From the IMG/VR virus record IMGVR_UViG_3300025437_000009: a stretch of 64,000 nucleotides of DNA; one strand, given 5' to 3'. Of the stretch, positions 8,923 to 19,058 are shown piece by piece; position 1 is the first letter of the stretch; each line of letters opens with the position of its first letter. The notes under the pieces were generated by a model. That model was not told where the DNA came from. It did not search any database and saw nothing but the letters and a program-made list of their open reading frames with translations. The translations under genes were made by a program, and so were the position numbers. This DNA comes from a virus. Lineage: Duplodnaviria > Caudoviricetes.

Positions 8923-9924
8923 TTAGAAACGACCAACAACTACTTCAATAACCGCCTTGCCGGGGAACGTAACTTCTTGCAGAGCTTTACCGATAACCTG
9001 TCCTACAGCTGGTGAATTATTAGTTTTGGCGTAGCCAAAGCCTGCCGATACCATTAAGTCGCCCTTCTTAACTGGCCCAATTACCATACAAGGAACACGT
9101 CCTGTAAGTGCTAACGGAATAATGTTAGCTCCTGTTAGTGCGCCATTCATTAAGTGTGCTGGATTGGTAGATACTACTCCCGCTACTGCTGTTGTATCAG
9201 CATCTGCTACAGTAACTTCTTGTGCGCCACCAAACATCAATACTGTACCTGGTGCGTATGTTTTATCAGCTTGGTAATTTTCTGCTAAGTCAGCGTATAA
9301 TGCGTGTGTTGCTGTACCGTAGATATTATTCCACCAAGCTGTAGTCGAACCTAAGTTTACACTTGCGTTGGCGTTTGGAACGATTGCAGCACTTACTGTT
9401 AATCCGCTTAATGTACCAACGCTTGTGATATTTGTTTGCGCGGCTGTTTGTAGTGTGCCAGTCAATGTTGTGCTGCTACTTGCACCAATACTTGTTACAC
9501 CACCCAGTGTTGTAATGTTTGGTTGACTTGCTGTGCTTAATGTACCGGTTAATGTTGCGCCGGTATTACCAATTGTAACAGCCTGAACTGTTGTGGCGTT
9601 GATTGTGGTTGCAGTTTCTGTGTTGACCGTTGTGGTCGTACCACTAACTGTTAAGCTACCCGCAATAACTACACCGGTACTGCTTATTGTAAGCTGAGGT
9701 ATGCCTGATATGTTTGCAAAAACGTTAGTTGATGTAACTGTTACGTTACTGCTACCGCTGTAAATTTGACTTGGGTTTAGACCGCCAAATCCGTTCGCTG
9801 ATGCAATAGTACCTGTACCCGTTGTACTAATATTACCTGATGTAACGATATCCCCGTTACCTGCGAAAACTACGTATGGGCCTACTGTAAGACCATTGTG
9901 TACTGTAAAATTTGTGTTTGCCAT
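8923..9924 (-). CDS. Fibre-like protein with C-terminal Peptidase_G2-like chaperone domain
   Basis: TLSTASQPNIT repeats, and ADLAENY...GRVPC...IGKAL...VVVGRF C-terminus paralogous to 5975-7516. Confidence 0.7.
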   Translation of the reverse strand: MANTNFTVHNGLTVGPYVVFAGNGDIVTSGNISTTGTGTIASANGFGGLNPSQIYSGSSNVTVTSTNVFANISGIPQLTISSTGVVIAGSLTVSGTTTTVNTETATTINATTVQAVTIGNTGATLTGTLSTASQPNITTLGGVTSIGASSSTTLTGTLQTAAQTNITSVGTLSGLTVSAAIVPNANASVNLGSTTAWWNNIYGTATHALYADLAENYQADKTYAPGTVLMFGGAQEVTVADADTTAVAGVVSTNPAHLMNGALTGANIIPLALTGRVPCMVIGPVKKGDLMVSAGFGYAKTNNSPAVGQVIGKALQEVTFPGKAVIEVVVGRF

Positions 9925-9969
9925 CTTTTTCTCTTTTCCCCGGTTCCATATTCCCCGATAAGGATTTAA

Positions 9970-9998
9970 TTATAGGAGTGGACCGCCCACTCCTATAA
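9970..9998. other. Perfect 12-bp inverted repeat in intergenic leader
   Basis: TTATAGGAGTGG-ACCGC-CCACTCCTATAA. Confidence 0.8.
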
Positions 9999-10006
9999 GA
10001 CTACTA

Positions 10007-13000
10007 TTACAACGGTAAGTATTGTCTCCAAAGTCTTACTGTATTACCAGCATTTGCAGCAGTAAACTGTACGCTAACTGTGCTACCACTGACGTTTGTA
10101 CTCATAATACCCAAGTTACCGTTAGTGGTTAACACACCATAGGTAGTAAGTGTACTAGATGTTCCGTTTTGTACAACTAGCACTTCTTCACTTTGGAAGT
10201 TTGTACCGTTTGTGACCTGTAAAATATACTTGGCTGTACGATATGCACTAGTACTAAAACTATCAATTGTGGTTGGAGTGTTAGCACTCGCAATACTTAC
10301 GTTAGCATCGTTACTTACCATGCCACCACCAATTGGAATGGTGAATACTGTGCCTGCACTACTTGTGGATACGAATGTAATACCAGCTGAGTCATCAACG
10401 TTAACTTGAGCTTTACCAGTAGCACTACTTAGACCAGTAACTGTTGATGTTGTAGTTAAAATACGAACGTCAATAACGTCACCTGTTGCTGGAGCTTCAG
10501 TAAATGTTAAAGTTGTACCGCTTACAGAATAAGCTGTTGTTGGGATCTGTACCACACCGTTGATACTAACAATAACACCAGCAGTGGTTGCTGACTGAGT
10601 TAGTGTAAACGCTGTAGTCGCGCCGTCACCGTTAAACTGATTGGAAACAATAACAGTGAACGATGTTGATGCACTTGCCCAACTTGTACCGTTGTACCAC
10701 TCAATAGCACCAATTGTGCTGTTGTAACGGAACATACCTGTGGTATCTGAGAAGCCAATTGATCCTGGACGCTGTGCGTTAGTACCAACTGGTAACAAGA
10801 TAGTATCTGTTGAGTTGATTAATAACTTAGCACCGTTAACTGCTGTACTTGCTGTAGCAGAGTTACCAATAATTACAGAATCGTATGTTGAGTTTGGACG
10901 TGCCCAAATCAATGTGTTGTTGGTAGCACCTTTGACAATAAAGTCCATACCAGCACCGTTTGAGGTGTTGAATACTGCTGATTGTCCTGCGTTAATATTA
11001 CCGCTAATGCCCGCTCCGCCAACAACAACCAATGCACCAGTTGTTGTGTTTGTGCTTGCTGTGCCAGACGCAGCAACAATGTTACCATTGTGTACGGCTG
11101 TTCCAGTTGTTGTAATATTGCTTGTAGTAATGTAACCACCGCTAATTACAGCATTACCAGTTGAGAAGTTAGTTGCTTGTAGTGTTGTTACACTTCCTGT
11201 TGTTCCATTTAAACCAGAAGCATATAACTGTCCAGCTACACCTGCGCCGCCAGCTACTGTTAGAGCGCCAGTTGTTGTACTAGATGCTGCAGTTGTTGAT
11301 TTAATAGCAACTACGTTAGAACGTGTGATACGCATTACTTCGTTGTTGGTGTTAATGCCATCAACAGTAAACACAATATCATTGTTATACCCAGTACCAA
11401 GTAATAGGTTACCGCCACCGGTTGTAGAATTACCATACACAAACAAATAAGCATCGTTTGGATTAATTAAACTGTATCCAGGATAGTTGTATGTACCGCT
11501 AGCAATACCCATATCTAAGTATGTGTCAACATAGGTACCGTTACCAGGACTTAAGAAAATATCTGCAGATGCTAAAGGACCGTTGTTAATATTCTGTCCG
11601 TTAATAACACCGACATATTGGTTAGCATTACCAAAGGAATTAATAATTGCCATTGGTTCTGGTACATATCCGCTAGCAATACCAGCAGTAACAGCGCCTA
11701 CACCAGCAGCATTACCAGTAAAGTCGGCGTATTGTGTAGTAATAGCGGTGACAGTAGCATTAATATTACCACCAACAAATAAGTTACCAGCAATATAAGC
11801 ACCACCAGCTACTTGTAGTGCGCCAGTGCTAGCACCAGTATTGGTTGTGGTATTAGTAATAGAAGTAATACCACCAATGTATGTTGCACCACTAATGCCA
11901 GTACCACCAACAACTACTAAAGCACCAGTTGTTGTGCTGGTACTTGCTGTACCACTAGCAGCAACCAAGTTGCCGTTTGCAGTAGCAGTACTAGAAGTTG
12001 TTAAGGTTGTAAATGCACCAGTGCTTGCTGTGGTACTACCAATTGGAGTATTTTGAATACTGCCAGCGTAGATTGCGCCAGATACACCAGCACCACCTGC
12101 TACTACTAAAGCACCGGTTGTTGTGTTTGTACTTGCTGTACCGGAGTTAGCAACTAAGTTACCAGCAACAATTTCAATACCGTTAACAATTTCTGTATTA
12201 GTATTGATGTATGTTAATGTTCCTGTAACGCTTAGGTTGCCTGCAATGTTTACGTTACCTGTTACACCTACGCCACCTGTAACAACTAAAGCACCAGTTG
12301 TTGCACTTGTACTTGCTGTACCGCTAGCAGCAACAACGTTACCATTATGTGTTGTTACACCGCTAGTTGATAATGTTGTAAATGCGCCAGTTGCGGCTGT
12401 ATTTGCACCAATTGCAAAGTTATCAGCATAACCTCCAGTAATGCGAGCATTACCTGAACTAAAGTTAGTTGCTTGTAGTGTTGTTATACCAGCGGCAGTA
12501 ATTAAAGCATTACCAGTTGAGAAGTTAGTAAACTGGCCAGTTGTACCAGAAATACTCGTATCACCAGAAATATAACCACCAGTAATATAAGCATTACCGG
12601 AGCTAAAGTTTGTTACTACACCGTTTGTGCCGGTAATGTTTGTGGCTTGTAGGTTAGTTAAACCAGTTGCACTACCGCTAGTAACTAATATGTTACCAGA
12701 ACTAAAGTTTGTTACTACGCCAGTTGTAGCACCCAATGTTGTTAGGCCGTTAACGGCACCGCCGGTAACTAATATGTTACCAGAACTCAAGTTTGTTACT
12801 ACACCAGTTGTACCACTGATGTTTGTAGCCTGTAAGTTAGCCAAGCCTGTAATGTAGCCACCGCTAACAACCACGTTAGGTGAGCTAAAATTAGCAGCAT
12901 AAGATATTGTTGACGCCAATGAAATACCAGAAATGCTACCACCAGTAATTTGAGCATTTGATGTGCTGAAACCAGTTACGGCTGTAAGATATGTAAATGA

Positions 13001-13507
13001 GCCTGTACCGCCGCTGATTGGAGTACCAGTAAGTGATCCAGCTGTTAAGTTGTTGGTAACAGTGGCAGATACCATTGTAGTATTACCAGATTTAACGTTG
13101 GCAAAACCAGCACTGGTTAAAGTTGTTAGAGCATTACCAGAAGTAGATGTCGCAATAGCTTCAAACGCTTGATCGTTTTCTACCCATACCCATGCTGTAT
13201 TAACAGAACCGTAAGGACCAAGTGAACTGTAGTTACGATTTACCAAGAAACCAATATCGTAACCGCTGATACTACCTGTATATCCCGAGTTGAAAACTAC
13301 TAACGGGTCTTGAATATATGTGTTGATTGAGTTAATCGAACTAGTGTTACCGCTAACTGCTAAGTTACCAATAATAGTAACGTTAGAATTTAATGTTAAG
13401 TTTGCATTAAAGTTTGTACCAACCAGTGTACCAGGTACCAAACGTGTATAGTCAATTGTTTGTACTGTAATCTGGTTATTCTTAATTCTTGTCATGTTTC
13501 CCGACAT
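10007..13507 (-). CDS. Large repetitive fibre-like virion protein
   Basis: 1166 aa with repeated TNFSSGN-LVTGG and ASGTAST-TTTGALVV-GG motifs. Late promoter at 13541-13547. Confidence 0.75.
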   Translation of the reverse strand: MSGNMTRIKNNQITVQTIDYTRLVPGTLVGTNFNANLTLNSNVTIIGNLAVSGNTSSINSINTYIQDPLVVFNSGYTGSISGYDIGFLVNRNYSSLGPYGSVNTAWVWVENDQAFEAIATSTSGNALTTLTSAGFANVKSGNTTMVSATVTNNLTAGSLTGTPISGGTGSFTYLTAVTGFSTSNAQITGGSISGISLASTISYAANFSSPNVVVSGGYITGLANLQATNISGTTGVVTNLSSGNILVTGGAVNGLTTLGATTGVVTNFSSGNILVTSGSATGLTNLQATNITGTNGVVTNFSSGNAYITGGYISGDTSISGTTGQFTNFSTGNALITAAGITTLQATNFSSGNARITGGYADNFAIGANTAATGAFTTLSTSGVTTHNGNVVAASGTASTSATTGALVVTGGVGVTGNVNIAGNLSVTGTLTYINTNTEIVNGIEIVAGNLVANSGTASTNTTTGALVVAGGAGVSGAIYAGSIQNTPIGSTTASTGAFTTLTTSSTATANGNLVAASGTASTSTTTGALVVVGGTGISGATYIGGITSITNTTTNTGASTGALQVAGGAYIAGNLFVGGNINATVTAITTQYADFTGNAAGVGAVTAGIASGYVPEPMAIINSFGNANQYVGVINGQNINNGPLASADIFLSPGNGTYVDTYLDMGIASGTYNYPGYSLINPNDAYLFVYGNSTTGGGNLLLGTGYNNDIVFTVDGINTNNEVMRITRSNVVAIKSTTAASSTTTGALTVAGGAGVAGQLYASGLNGTTGSVTTLQATNFSTGNAVISGGYITTSNITTTGTAVHNGNIVAASGTASTNTTTGALVVVGGAGISGNINAGQSAVFNTSNGAGMDFIVKGATNNTLIWARPNSTYDSVIIGNSATASTAVNGAKLLINSTDTILLPVGTNAQRPGSIGFSDTTGMFRYNSTIGAIEWYNGTSWASASTSFTVIVSNQFNGDGATTAFTLTQSATTAGVIVSINGVVQIPTTAYSVSGTTLTFTEAPATGDVIDVRILTTTSTVTGLSSATGKAQVNVDDSAGITFVSTSSAGTVFTIPIGGGMVSNDANVSIASANTPTTIDSFSTSAYRTAKYILQVTNGTNFQSEEVLVVQNGTSSTLTTYGVLTTNGNLGIMSTNVSGSTVSVQFTAANAGNTVRLWRQYLPL

Positions 13508-13604
13508 AGCTCAATCCTTCTAAAATGGCTTCATTAATATTATTTATCGTAACCGTGCGAAATCAGTCCTTGCAGGCTGTTTTTGGAAGGACTCGGGGAA
13601 AATG

Positions 13605-13715
13605 TTAAACGTTGAAGTAAGTACGTTGGATTCTAATGCTACTAGAAACTGTACCTTGTGCTAGCAAATTAACAGTTGATCCGTTAATGTTTGCTGAGTA
13701 CGTGATGGTGTTTAC
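13605..13715 (-). pseudogene. Start-less remnant resembling a fibre-protein C-terminus
   Basis: Open frame VNTITYSANINGSTVNLLAQGTVSSSIRIQRTYFNV* with no ATG. It resembles the end of 10007-13507 (STNVSGSTVSVQFTAANAGNTVRLWRQYLPL). Confidence 0.45.
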
Positions 13716-13739
13716 ACTAGTATTTAGTTAAAACAAAAA

Positions 13740-16286
13740 TTATGCCTTCATAATGTAGCATAATGAGTAGTATGGCGGCAAGTTTGCATTGGTACCAGAA
13801 GAACCTGCAGAATTTACACTAATACCTGTAGATGCTGAACCAGTGTTATAAACTGGCCTAGTAGTTGTGTAACTGCCACCAGATAGTGGAACTGTCTGAG
13901 TTAAATCATATCCCCCATAACCCGGAGCTGATAGTTGGCCTGAAAGAATGAAAGCTCCGCTGCTCAATTCATAACTAGCAGTTCCAAAATTGTGAGCATG
14001 CCCAGGATCACTAATTCCGTGACTATGGCTTACTACTATAGCATCTTTGCTACCGCCTGTATCTCCCACAGCATAAGTGTTGCCGGCACCAACAATAAAT
14101 CTATCTCGCAAGTCGGGAGTTCCGTTAGAGCCGTTACACAGGTACCAACCGTATGGAATTGTTGTACTTGAACCTGACCACATCATAATAATACCTGTTG
14201 GTAACATGTTGTGTACAAACGCCGTAGTTGCTAATTGTGTGTTATTAGCAGAAATATTTGCTGTAGGAGCAGTTGGAATACCGGTCAGTGCAGGACTTGC
14301 TACTGGAGCCAATGTGGCTATAGTTGCATTAGCTGCTGTCACGTTAGCGTTTACGCTGGTAATAGAACTTATGATAGCATTAATACTGTTTGCATCAGTT
14401 GCTAAATTGGCAGCAATTTGACCCAATGTAGCAAGTGTACCCGGAGCAGAACCAATTAAATTATTGATTGCTGTATTAATCGAAGTGCTTGTGTATGTTT
14501 GATTATATGAGTTTGCTGTGGCAATGGCCAAGTTAGCGGCGGTCACGTTTGCATTAATTGCGGAAATTGATGTAGTTGTATATGTTTGATTATATGAGTT
14601 TGCTGTGGCAATGGCCAAGTTAGCGGCGGTCACGTTTGCGTTGATTGCAGAAATTGATGTAGTTGTATATGTTTGATTATATGAGTTTGCTGTAGTAATC
14701 GCCAAGTTAGCGGCAGTCACGTTTGCATTAATTGCGGATATAGTAGCATCTGTTCCTGCGGCCAAGTATGTAGCCACATTGGCATTGCTGTAGGTTGCAA
14801 TTGGTGCTCCGCCCAATGACAATGTGTTGCCTGCCACACTTAATGCTGTGCCACCAAAATAGATAGTGTTGCTACTTACATATAACGATTTCCATTGTTG
14901 AGTTGGACTGCCTAGGTTATAGGTTACGTTAGCACCGGGTATTACATTTCCGTTAACTACGATATCATTATCAAAAATATTATCTTTTACAATGCTTACT
15001 GCTAAAAAGCGTACATCAATCACGTCAGATGACAATGGTGTTTCTGTAAATGTAATCTGATTTCCAGTCACATTGTATGACGTTATTGGCTGTTGTACAG
15101 TACCGTTAATACTAACTAAAATACCAGAAGTAGTTGTGCCTTGATTTAGTGTAAAGGTGTTTGTGGCGCCGTCACCATTAATAATTTGATCATTAATTTC
15201 GCTGATAACACTAATCCAACTAGTTCCGTTATAAAATTCTACTGTATTGTAGTCACTGTTATAGCGTATTTGTCCCGATGCTGGACTCGCTGGACGAGCA
15301 GTATTCCCACCAATTGGAACTTGCAATGCCCCTGTACCTAAAAACGTTACGACATTTCCTGTTTGTCCAGAAATATAATCAGTATAAACATTACCATAGA
15401 ATTTTGCAATTACATTGCCAGCAGTAATGTTACCTGCGGTTGAAATAGTATTGCTACCAAAAGAGGCTAGAAATACTGCTACGTTAGCATTTCCATAGTT
15501 ACTGAATACCACTGGTGCACCGTTGGCATAGAAGAAATTATTAGTAAGAAGATTACCTGTTGCGGTATTACCAGTTACTGTTAGATTTGTAAGAGTTTGA
15601 GAGCCTGATATGTTTCCGAGCACATTACCAACAAGAGTTCCAACAAAATAATTAGAACTAACATTGCCCCCAAATGTTACACCGGTGTTGCCTGTAATAG
15701 TATTTCCATTGATGCTGATAGTACCAATATTCAAATTAGCAAAATTAGCAATGCCTTTGACCCCCGTATAACGAGCACCAACTACATAAACTACGTTAGC
15801 TACGTTAGCAACAGGAGTTGGTACGTTAGTATCAGCAAAGTTCACGATACCAGCAGAATAGTCAAAGTACCATGAGTCACTGTTACCAGATCCGCCTACT
15901 GGCAAGTTAACCAAACTCTGTGGATTTGATTTACCAGGAGGTCCTGCATATAATTGTAGCTGATAACCAGCACCAAATTGTGGGCTGATCCAGTCAGTTA
16001 AGTTTGTTGCCCAGGTTTCTTGTGCTGTGCTTTCACTGAGTGCTGATGCCTGTACTGTAGAACTTAAACTATCTCTATAGACTGTGACCACGCTACTGTT
16101 ACTTGCAGGAAGAGTAGTAACATTGGGAATATAATAATCTTGTTGCCAAACAGTAGAACCAGGACTTAACTGTGGACTAGCATTAGCTTCGTTAGCTGGC
16201 GATTTTGCTGTACTCGTGTCTGTCTTAGAAACCCCACTAAGTTTCTTGTACAATATATCGACTAGTTGTGTTTGAGATATTGTCAT
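13740..16286 (-). CDS. Fibre protein with coiled-coil repeats and C-terminal phage tail-collar-like domain
   Basis: LPTGIIMMWSG...IPYGWYLCNGSNGTPDLRDRFIVGAG collar motif, and 29-aa repeats. Confidence 0.75.
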   Translation of the reverse strand: MTISQTQLVDILYKKLSGVSKTDTSTAKSPANEANASPQLSPGSTVWQQDYYIPNVTTLPASNSSVVTVYRDSLSSTVQASALSESTAQETWATNLTDWISPQFGAGYQLQLYAGPPGKSNPQSLVNLPVGGSGNSDSWYFDYSAGIVNFADTNVPTPVANVANVVYVVGARYTGVKGIANFANLNIGTISINGNTITGNTGVTFGGNVSSNYFVGTLVGNVLGNISGSQTLTNLTVTGNTATGNLLTNNFFYANGAPVVFSNYGNANVAVFLASFGSNTISTAGNITAGNVIAKFYGNVYTDYISGQTGNVVTFLGTGALQVPIGGNTARPASPASGQIRYNSDYNTVEFYNGTSWISVISEINDQIINGDGATNTFTLNQGTTTSGILVSINGTVQQPITSYNVTGNQITFTETPLSSDVIDVRFLAVSIVKDNIFDNDIVVNGNVIPGANVTYNLGSPTQQWKSLYVSSNTIYFGGTALSVAGNTLSLGGAPIATYSNANVATYLAAGTDATISAINANVTAANLAITTANSYNQTYTTTSISAINANVTAANLAIATANSYNQTYTTTSISAINANVTAANLAIATANSYNQTYTSTSINTAINNLIGSAPGTLATLGQIAANLATDANSINAIISSITSVNANVTAANATIATLAPVASPALTGIPTAPTANISANNTQLATTAFVHNMLPTGIIMMWSGSSTTIPYGWYLCNGSNGTPDLRDRFIVGAGNTYAVGDTGGSKDAIVVSHSHGISDPGHAHNFGTASYELSSGAFILSGQLSAPGYGGYDLTQTVPLSGGSYTTTRPVYNTGSASTGISVNSAGSSGTNANLPPYYSLCYIMKA
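14494..14740. repeat. About 3 tandem copies of an 87-bp in-frame repeat (AINANVTAANLAIATANSYNQTYTTTSIS)
   Basis: TATGTTTGATTATATGAG recurs at 14494, 14581 and 14668. Confidence 0.9.
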
Positions 16287-16287
16287 A

Positions 16288-18294
16288 TTAGTTAGTTGGA
16301 TTCGCTATACTTAATGCTGTTAAACTTTGACCGCTAGTTAGTTTAACACGAATATAAATTTCGTTACCGGTTGAGCCAGTTGAACTTGCTGTACCAAATG
16401 TGCAGGTATAGCTACCACCACTGACCAAACTGTTTAATACTGCGGCACCGCCTGTAGCACAACCAGCACTACCATTACCGCCTGTACCTGTTCCTGGTAC
16501 TCCTGAACCTGCGTAAGCCACTGCCATATTGATCCAACCATTAGTTGGTGCAGCTGTGGTGTCGATTGTGCTACCGGGTAGTGATACCCATAATCCAGCA
16601 ATGGTTCCTGAGTAACTAATGTTAAATTTACTTACTGCACCTTTGGTCCATTTGAATGTAAAGTATTGACTAGCACTACGTCCAGAACTCAAATTAGGAC
16701 CAACTGGCAAGTAGCCTGTTGAATAATTTGTTACGTCATATTTTAATACTGCGGCAACCACTGTAGCATCTGTTGCTAGTAGTGTACTAGTTTGACTGTT
16801 AAATGTTGCTTCACTACCTGTGTATGTGGGAGTATCCGCAGCTGTTCCGCCGTCAGGATTAACTATGCGATATGCGGCACTAGCACCAGTATAGCTATTA
16901 GTGATTGCTGTTTCTTCAATCTGTGTTGTTGTACCAGTTTTATACAAAATTGTTACACCCGGATTAATTGTACCCGATGAACCCAGCGCATATGGATTAC
17001 TAAACGTAATGCTTGGTCCGCTGGTACTAGATCCAAACCCCGATACAATGCCGACTGGAGTTTCAAAATATTGACTGCTGGTTAGATTGCGACTTAACGG
17101 AACTGAGACTGTGGGACTAAAACTTGAATATGTAGGTAGTGTTGGTACACCAAATGCACCACCAGAGCCAACACCAAACGGACTAGCAAGGTACATATCA
17201 CCACTCAAATTGGTTACGTTACCTTTGATCTTAAAGGTAGTGCTTGAGTTAAAGTGTGGAATAGTACTAGAGTAAGTTGTGCTATTGCTGGTTAAGGTTA
17301 CGCTGGTATTGCTGACTGTGGGTGTTCCTGGATTACTTGAGTCGTAATACCAAGTTGCATTATTTGTTTGTGTGCTTGTGCCAGAATCTGTAATATACAC
17401 ACGATTCCACCCTGCAGATATACCGCCAGTGGCTGTTGCATAAGTTGAAAATACTGTCCAGAAGCCAGCAGTCACTGAGCTTAGGACATTATGATAGTCC
17501 TGAACATTATAAACATACAAGTTACCATTGGTAGTATTACCGTTAGAACCATTTAGTGTTACGTTACCATTTGGTGTTCCATTAACATAAGCAGTAACAG
17601 TTCCTGTACTACCAGGACCAACGTTGGTAACTGCTGTGGTTGTAAATACTGCTGAACGAACTGCGTTGACTGCTGTGCCAGCACTGACAGATAAATTACC
17701 CCAGCCACTGTTGTCAGTTTGAACAAAATTGGTCATTAGTCCAGCTGTAGTTGCTGTGGAGATTGAAATAGTTGTTGCGTTAGGAAAGTTTGGAGGACTC
17801 TGCGGAACCAGTTTACCTAGTACATAATTTAAACTTGCAATAGCGTCAGTAACCTTTGTTGTCTGTGTTAATGATACCGCATTGCTTACCAATGCCTGTA
17901 CTGTGTTTGCGCCTAGTGTAATTGCATTGCCGGTCAAACCAGTTTGATTAATAACTGTTTGAACGTTTGCCCAAGTTAAGTTACCGTTACCGTCTGTGGT
18001 TAAAACATAATCAAGACTACCACCGCTGATGGTAATGTTAGAAGTACTACCAAGATTAATAACACCTGTGTCACTGGTAATGGTGTTGTTTAAAATATAT
18101 AAATTACCAATGTGTGCGTTACCAATTACTTCTAAAGGATAATTTGGTGATCCAGTATTAACACCAAGACGATTATTGTTTACATCAAAAAATACCGTTG
18201 GAGTATTTGAAATTAAATTTGTAATGGAGAGATTAGAGCCCGCTCTCTCAAGCGTTTGCTGTAACATTTGACCATTGATACGAGCAATTGCCAT
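16288..18294 (-). CDS. Virion structural protein (T/S/G-rich)
   Basis: 668-aa ORF within the fibre operon, with beta-rich composition. Confidence 0.7.
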   Translation of the reverse strand: MAIARINGQMLQQTLERAGSNLSITNLISNTPTVFFDVNNNRLGVNTGSPNYPLEVIGNAHIGNLYILNNTITSDTGVINLGSTSNITISGGSLDYVLTTDGNGNLTWANVQTVINQTGLTGNAITLGANTVQALVSNAVSLTQTTKVTDAIASLNYVLGKLVPQSPPNFPNATTISISTATTAGLMTNFVQTDNSGWGNLSVSAGTAVNAVRSAVFTTTAVTNVGPGSTGTVTAYVNGTPNGNVTLNGSNGNTTNGNLYVYNVQDYHNVLSSVTAGFWTVFSTYATATGGISAGWNRVYITDSGTSTQTNNATWYYDSSNPGTPTVSNTSVTLTSNSTTYSSTIPHFNSSTTFKIKGNVTNLSGDMYLASPFGVGSGGAFGVPTLPTYSSFSPTVSVPLSRNLTSSQYFETPVGIVSGFGSSTSGPSITFSNPYALGSSGTINPGVTILYKTGTTTQIEETAITNSYTGASAAYRIVNPDGGTAADTPTYTGSEATFNSQTSTLLATDATVVAAVLKYDVTNYSTGYLPVGPNLSSGRSASQYFTFKWTKGAVSKFNISYSGTIAGLWVSLPGSTIDTTAAPTNGWINMAVAYAGSGVPGTGTGGNGSAGCATGGAAVLNSLVSGGSYTCTFGTASSTGSTGNEIYIRVKLTSGQSLTALSIANPTN

Positions 18295-18302
18295 TTAGGC
18301 TC

Positions 18303-18737
18303 CTATGCTGGCACGTTGGTGCTGTTGATGTTATGTATAATAACGATTGTAGTTGGACTACTACCTGTGTAGGCAGGCGGTATAGCTTGAAGTGTAATTA
18401 TAGTAGAACCATTGACAGTATAGTTTGTGGTTGGCTGTTGGTAAACACCGCCAACAAATACTGCGATTGCAGTTGGGTCGCTTTCTGCTTGGCTCATAGT
18501 CCATGTTGCATTTACACCATCAGCATTGAAGCTGTCAACCACAAGTTGAACTGAACCAATTTTGGCAACTTGATTCCATGCGCCGTTGTAGTAAAATTCA
18601 ATTCTGCTGGTAGCTTGGTTGAATCTAATTAGGCCACTGATAGGTGCGTCACCGTATGATGAACTTGGCACGATCGGTAATTGCGCGGCTAAATTAAATC
18701 CTTTACCAATTTGAGGATTTTTGAGATATCTAGCCAT
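18303..18737 (-). CDS. Small virion structural protein
   Basis: Shares GLIRFN...IEFYYNGAW and F-ADG-NATWT...VFVGGVYQQPTTNY modules with 10007-13507 and 13740-16286. Confidence 0.7.
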   Translation of the reverse strand: MARYLKNPQIGKGFNLAAQLPIVPSSSYGDAPISGLIRFNQATSRIEFYYNGAWNQVAKIGSVQLVVDSFNADGVNATWTMSQAESDPTAIAVFVGGVYQQPTTNYTVNGSTIITLQAIPPAYTGSSPTTIVIIHNINSTNVPA

Positions 18738-18739
18738 TG

Positions 18740-19048
18740 TTAAATTCCAATATAGCTTACAGTTGCTGTCACTGATAAATTGGCACTTGCGTTGGCATAA
18801 ATTGCATCACCGTTTGCAAGAATAATTTTTTCTGTATCAACCACTAATGTATTAAATGCTGTCATTGTTACATTTGAATAGATAATGGTTGAAGAGTTGG
18901 CTTGTTTACCTGCTGGCACTAACCACACGTTAGCTGTAGCACTATTGTTAGTATAGTTGCAAAAGTGCATGACTGTGGTTGCACTATTATTTGTGCTAGT
19001 ATAGATTGCACTAGCCACTGTTGTTACGTTTGCGTTTGTTATTGCCAT
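18740..19048 (-). CDS. Small virion structural protein
   Basis: 102-aa beta-sandwich-like ORF in the operon. Confidence 0.65.
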   Translation of the reverse strand: MAITNANVTTVASAIYTSTNNSATTVMHFCNYTNNSATANVWLVPAGKQANSSTIIYSNVTMTAFNTLVVDTEKIILANGDAIYANASANLSVTATVSYIGI

Positions 19049-19058
19049 TTAATTCGTC

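Noticed and set aside
10212-14421. Numerous V/P/A-rich plus-strand ORFs opposite the fibre genes
   Set aside because: They are antisense by-products of T/G/S/N-rich repetitive codons, with no promoters, SDs or motifs. The same applies to the short alternative-frame ORFs throughout the window.
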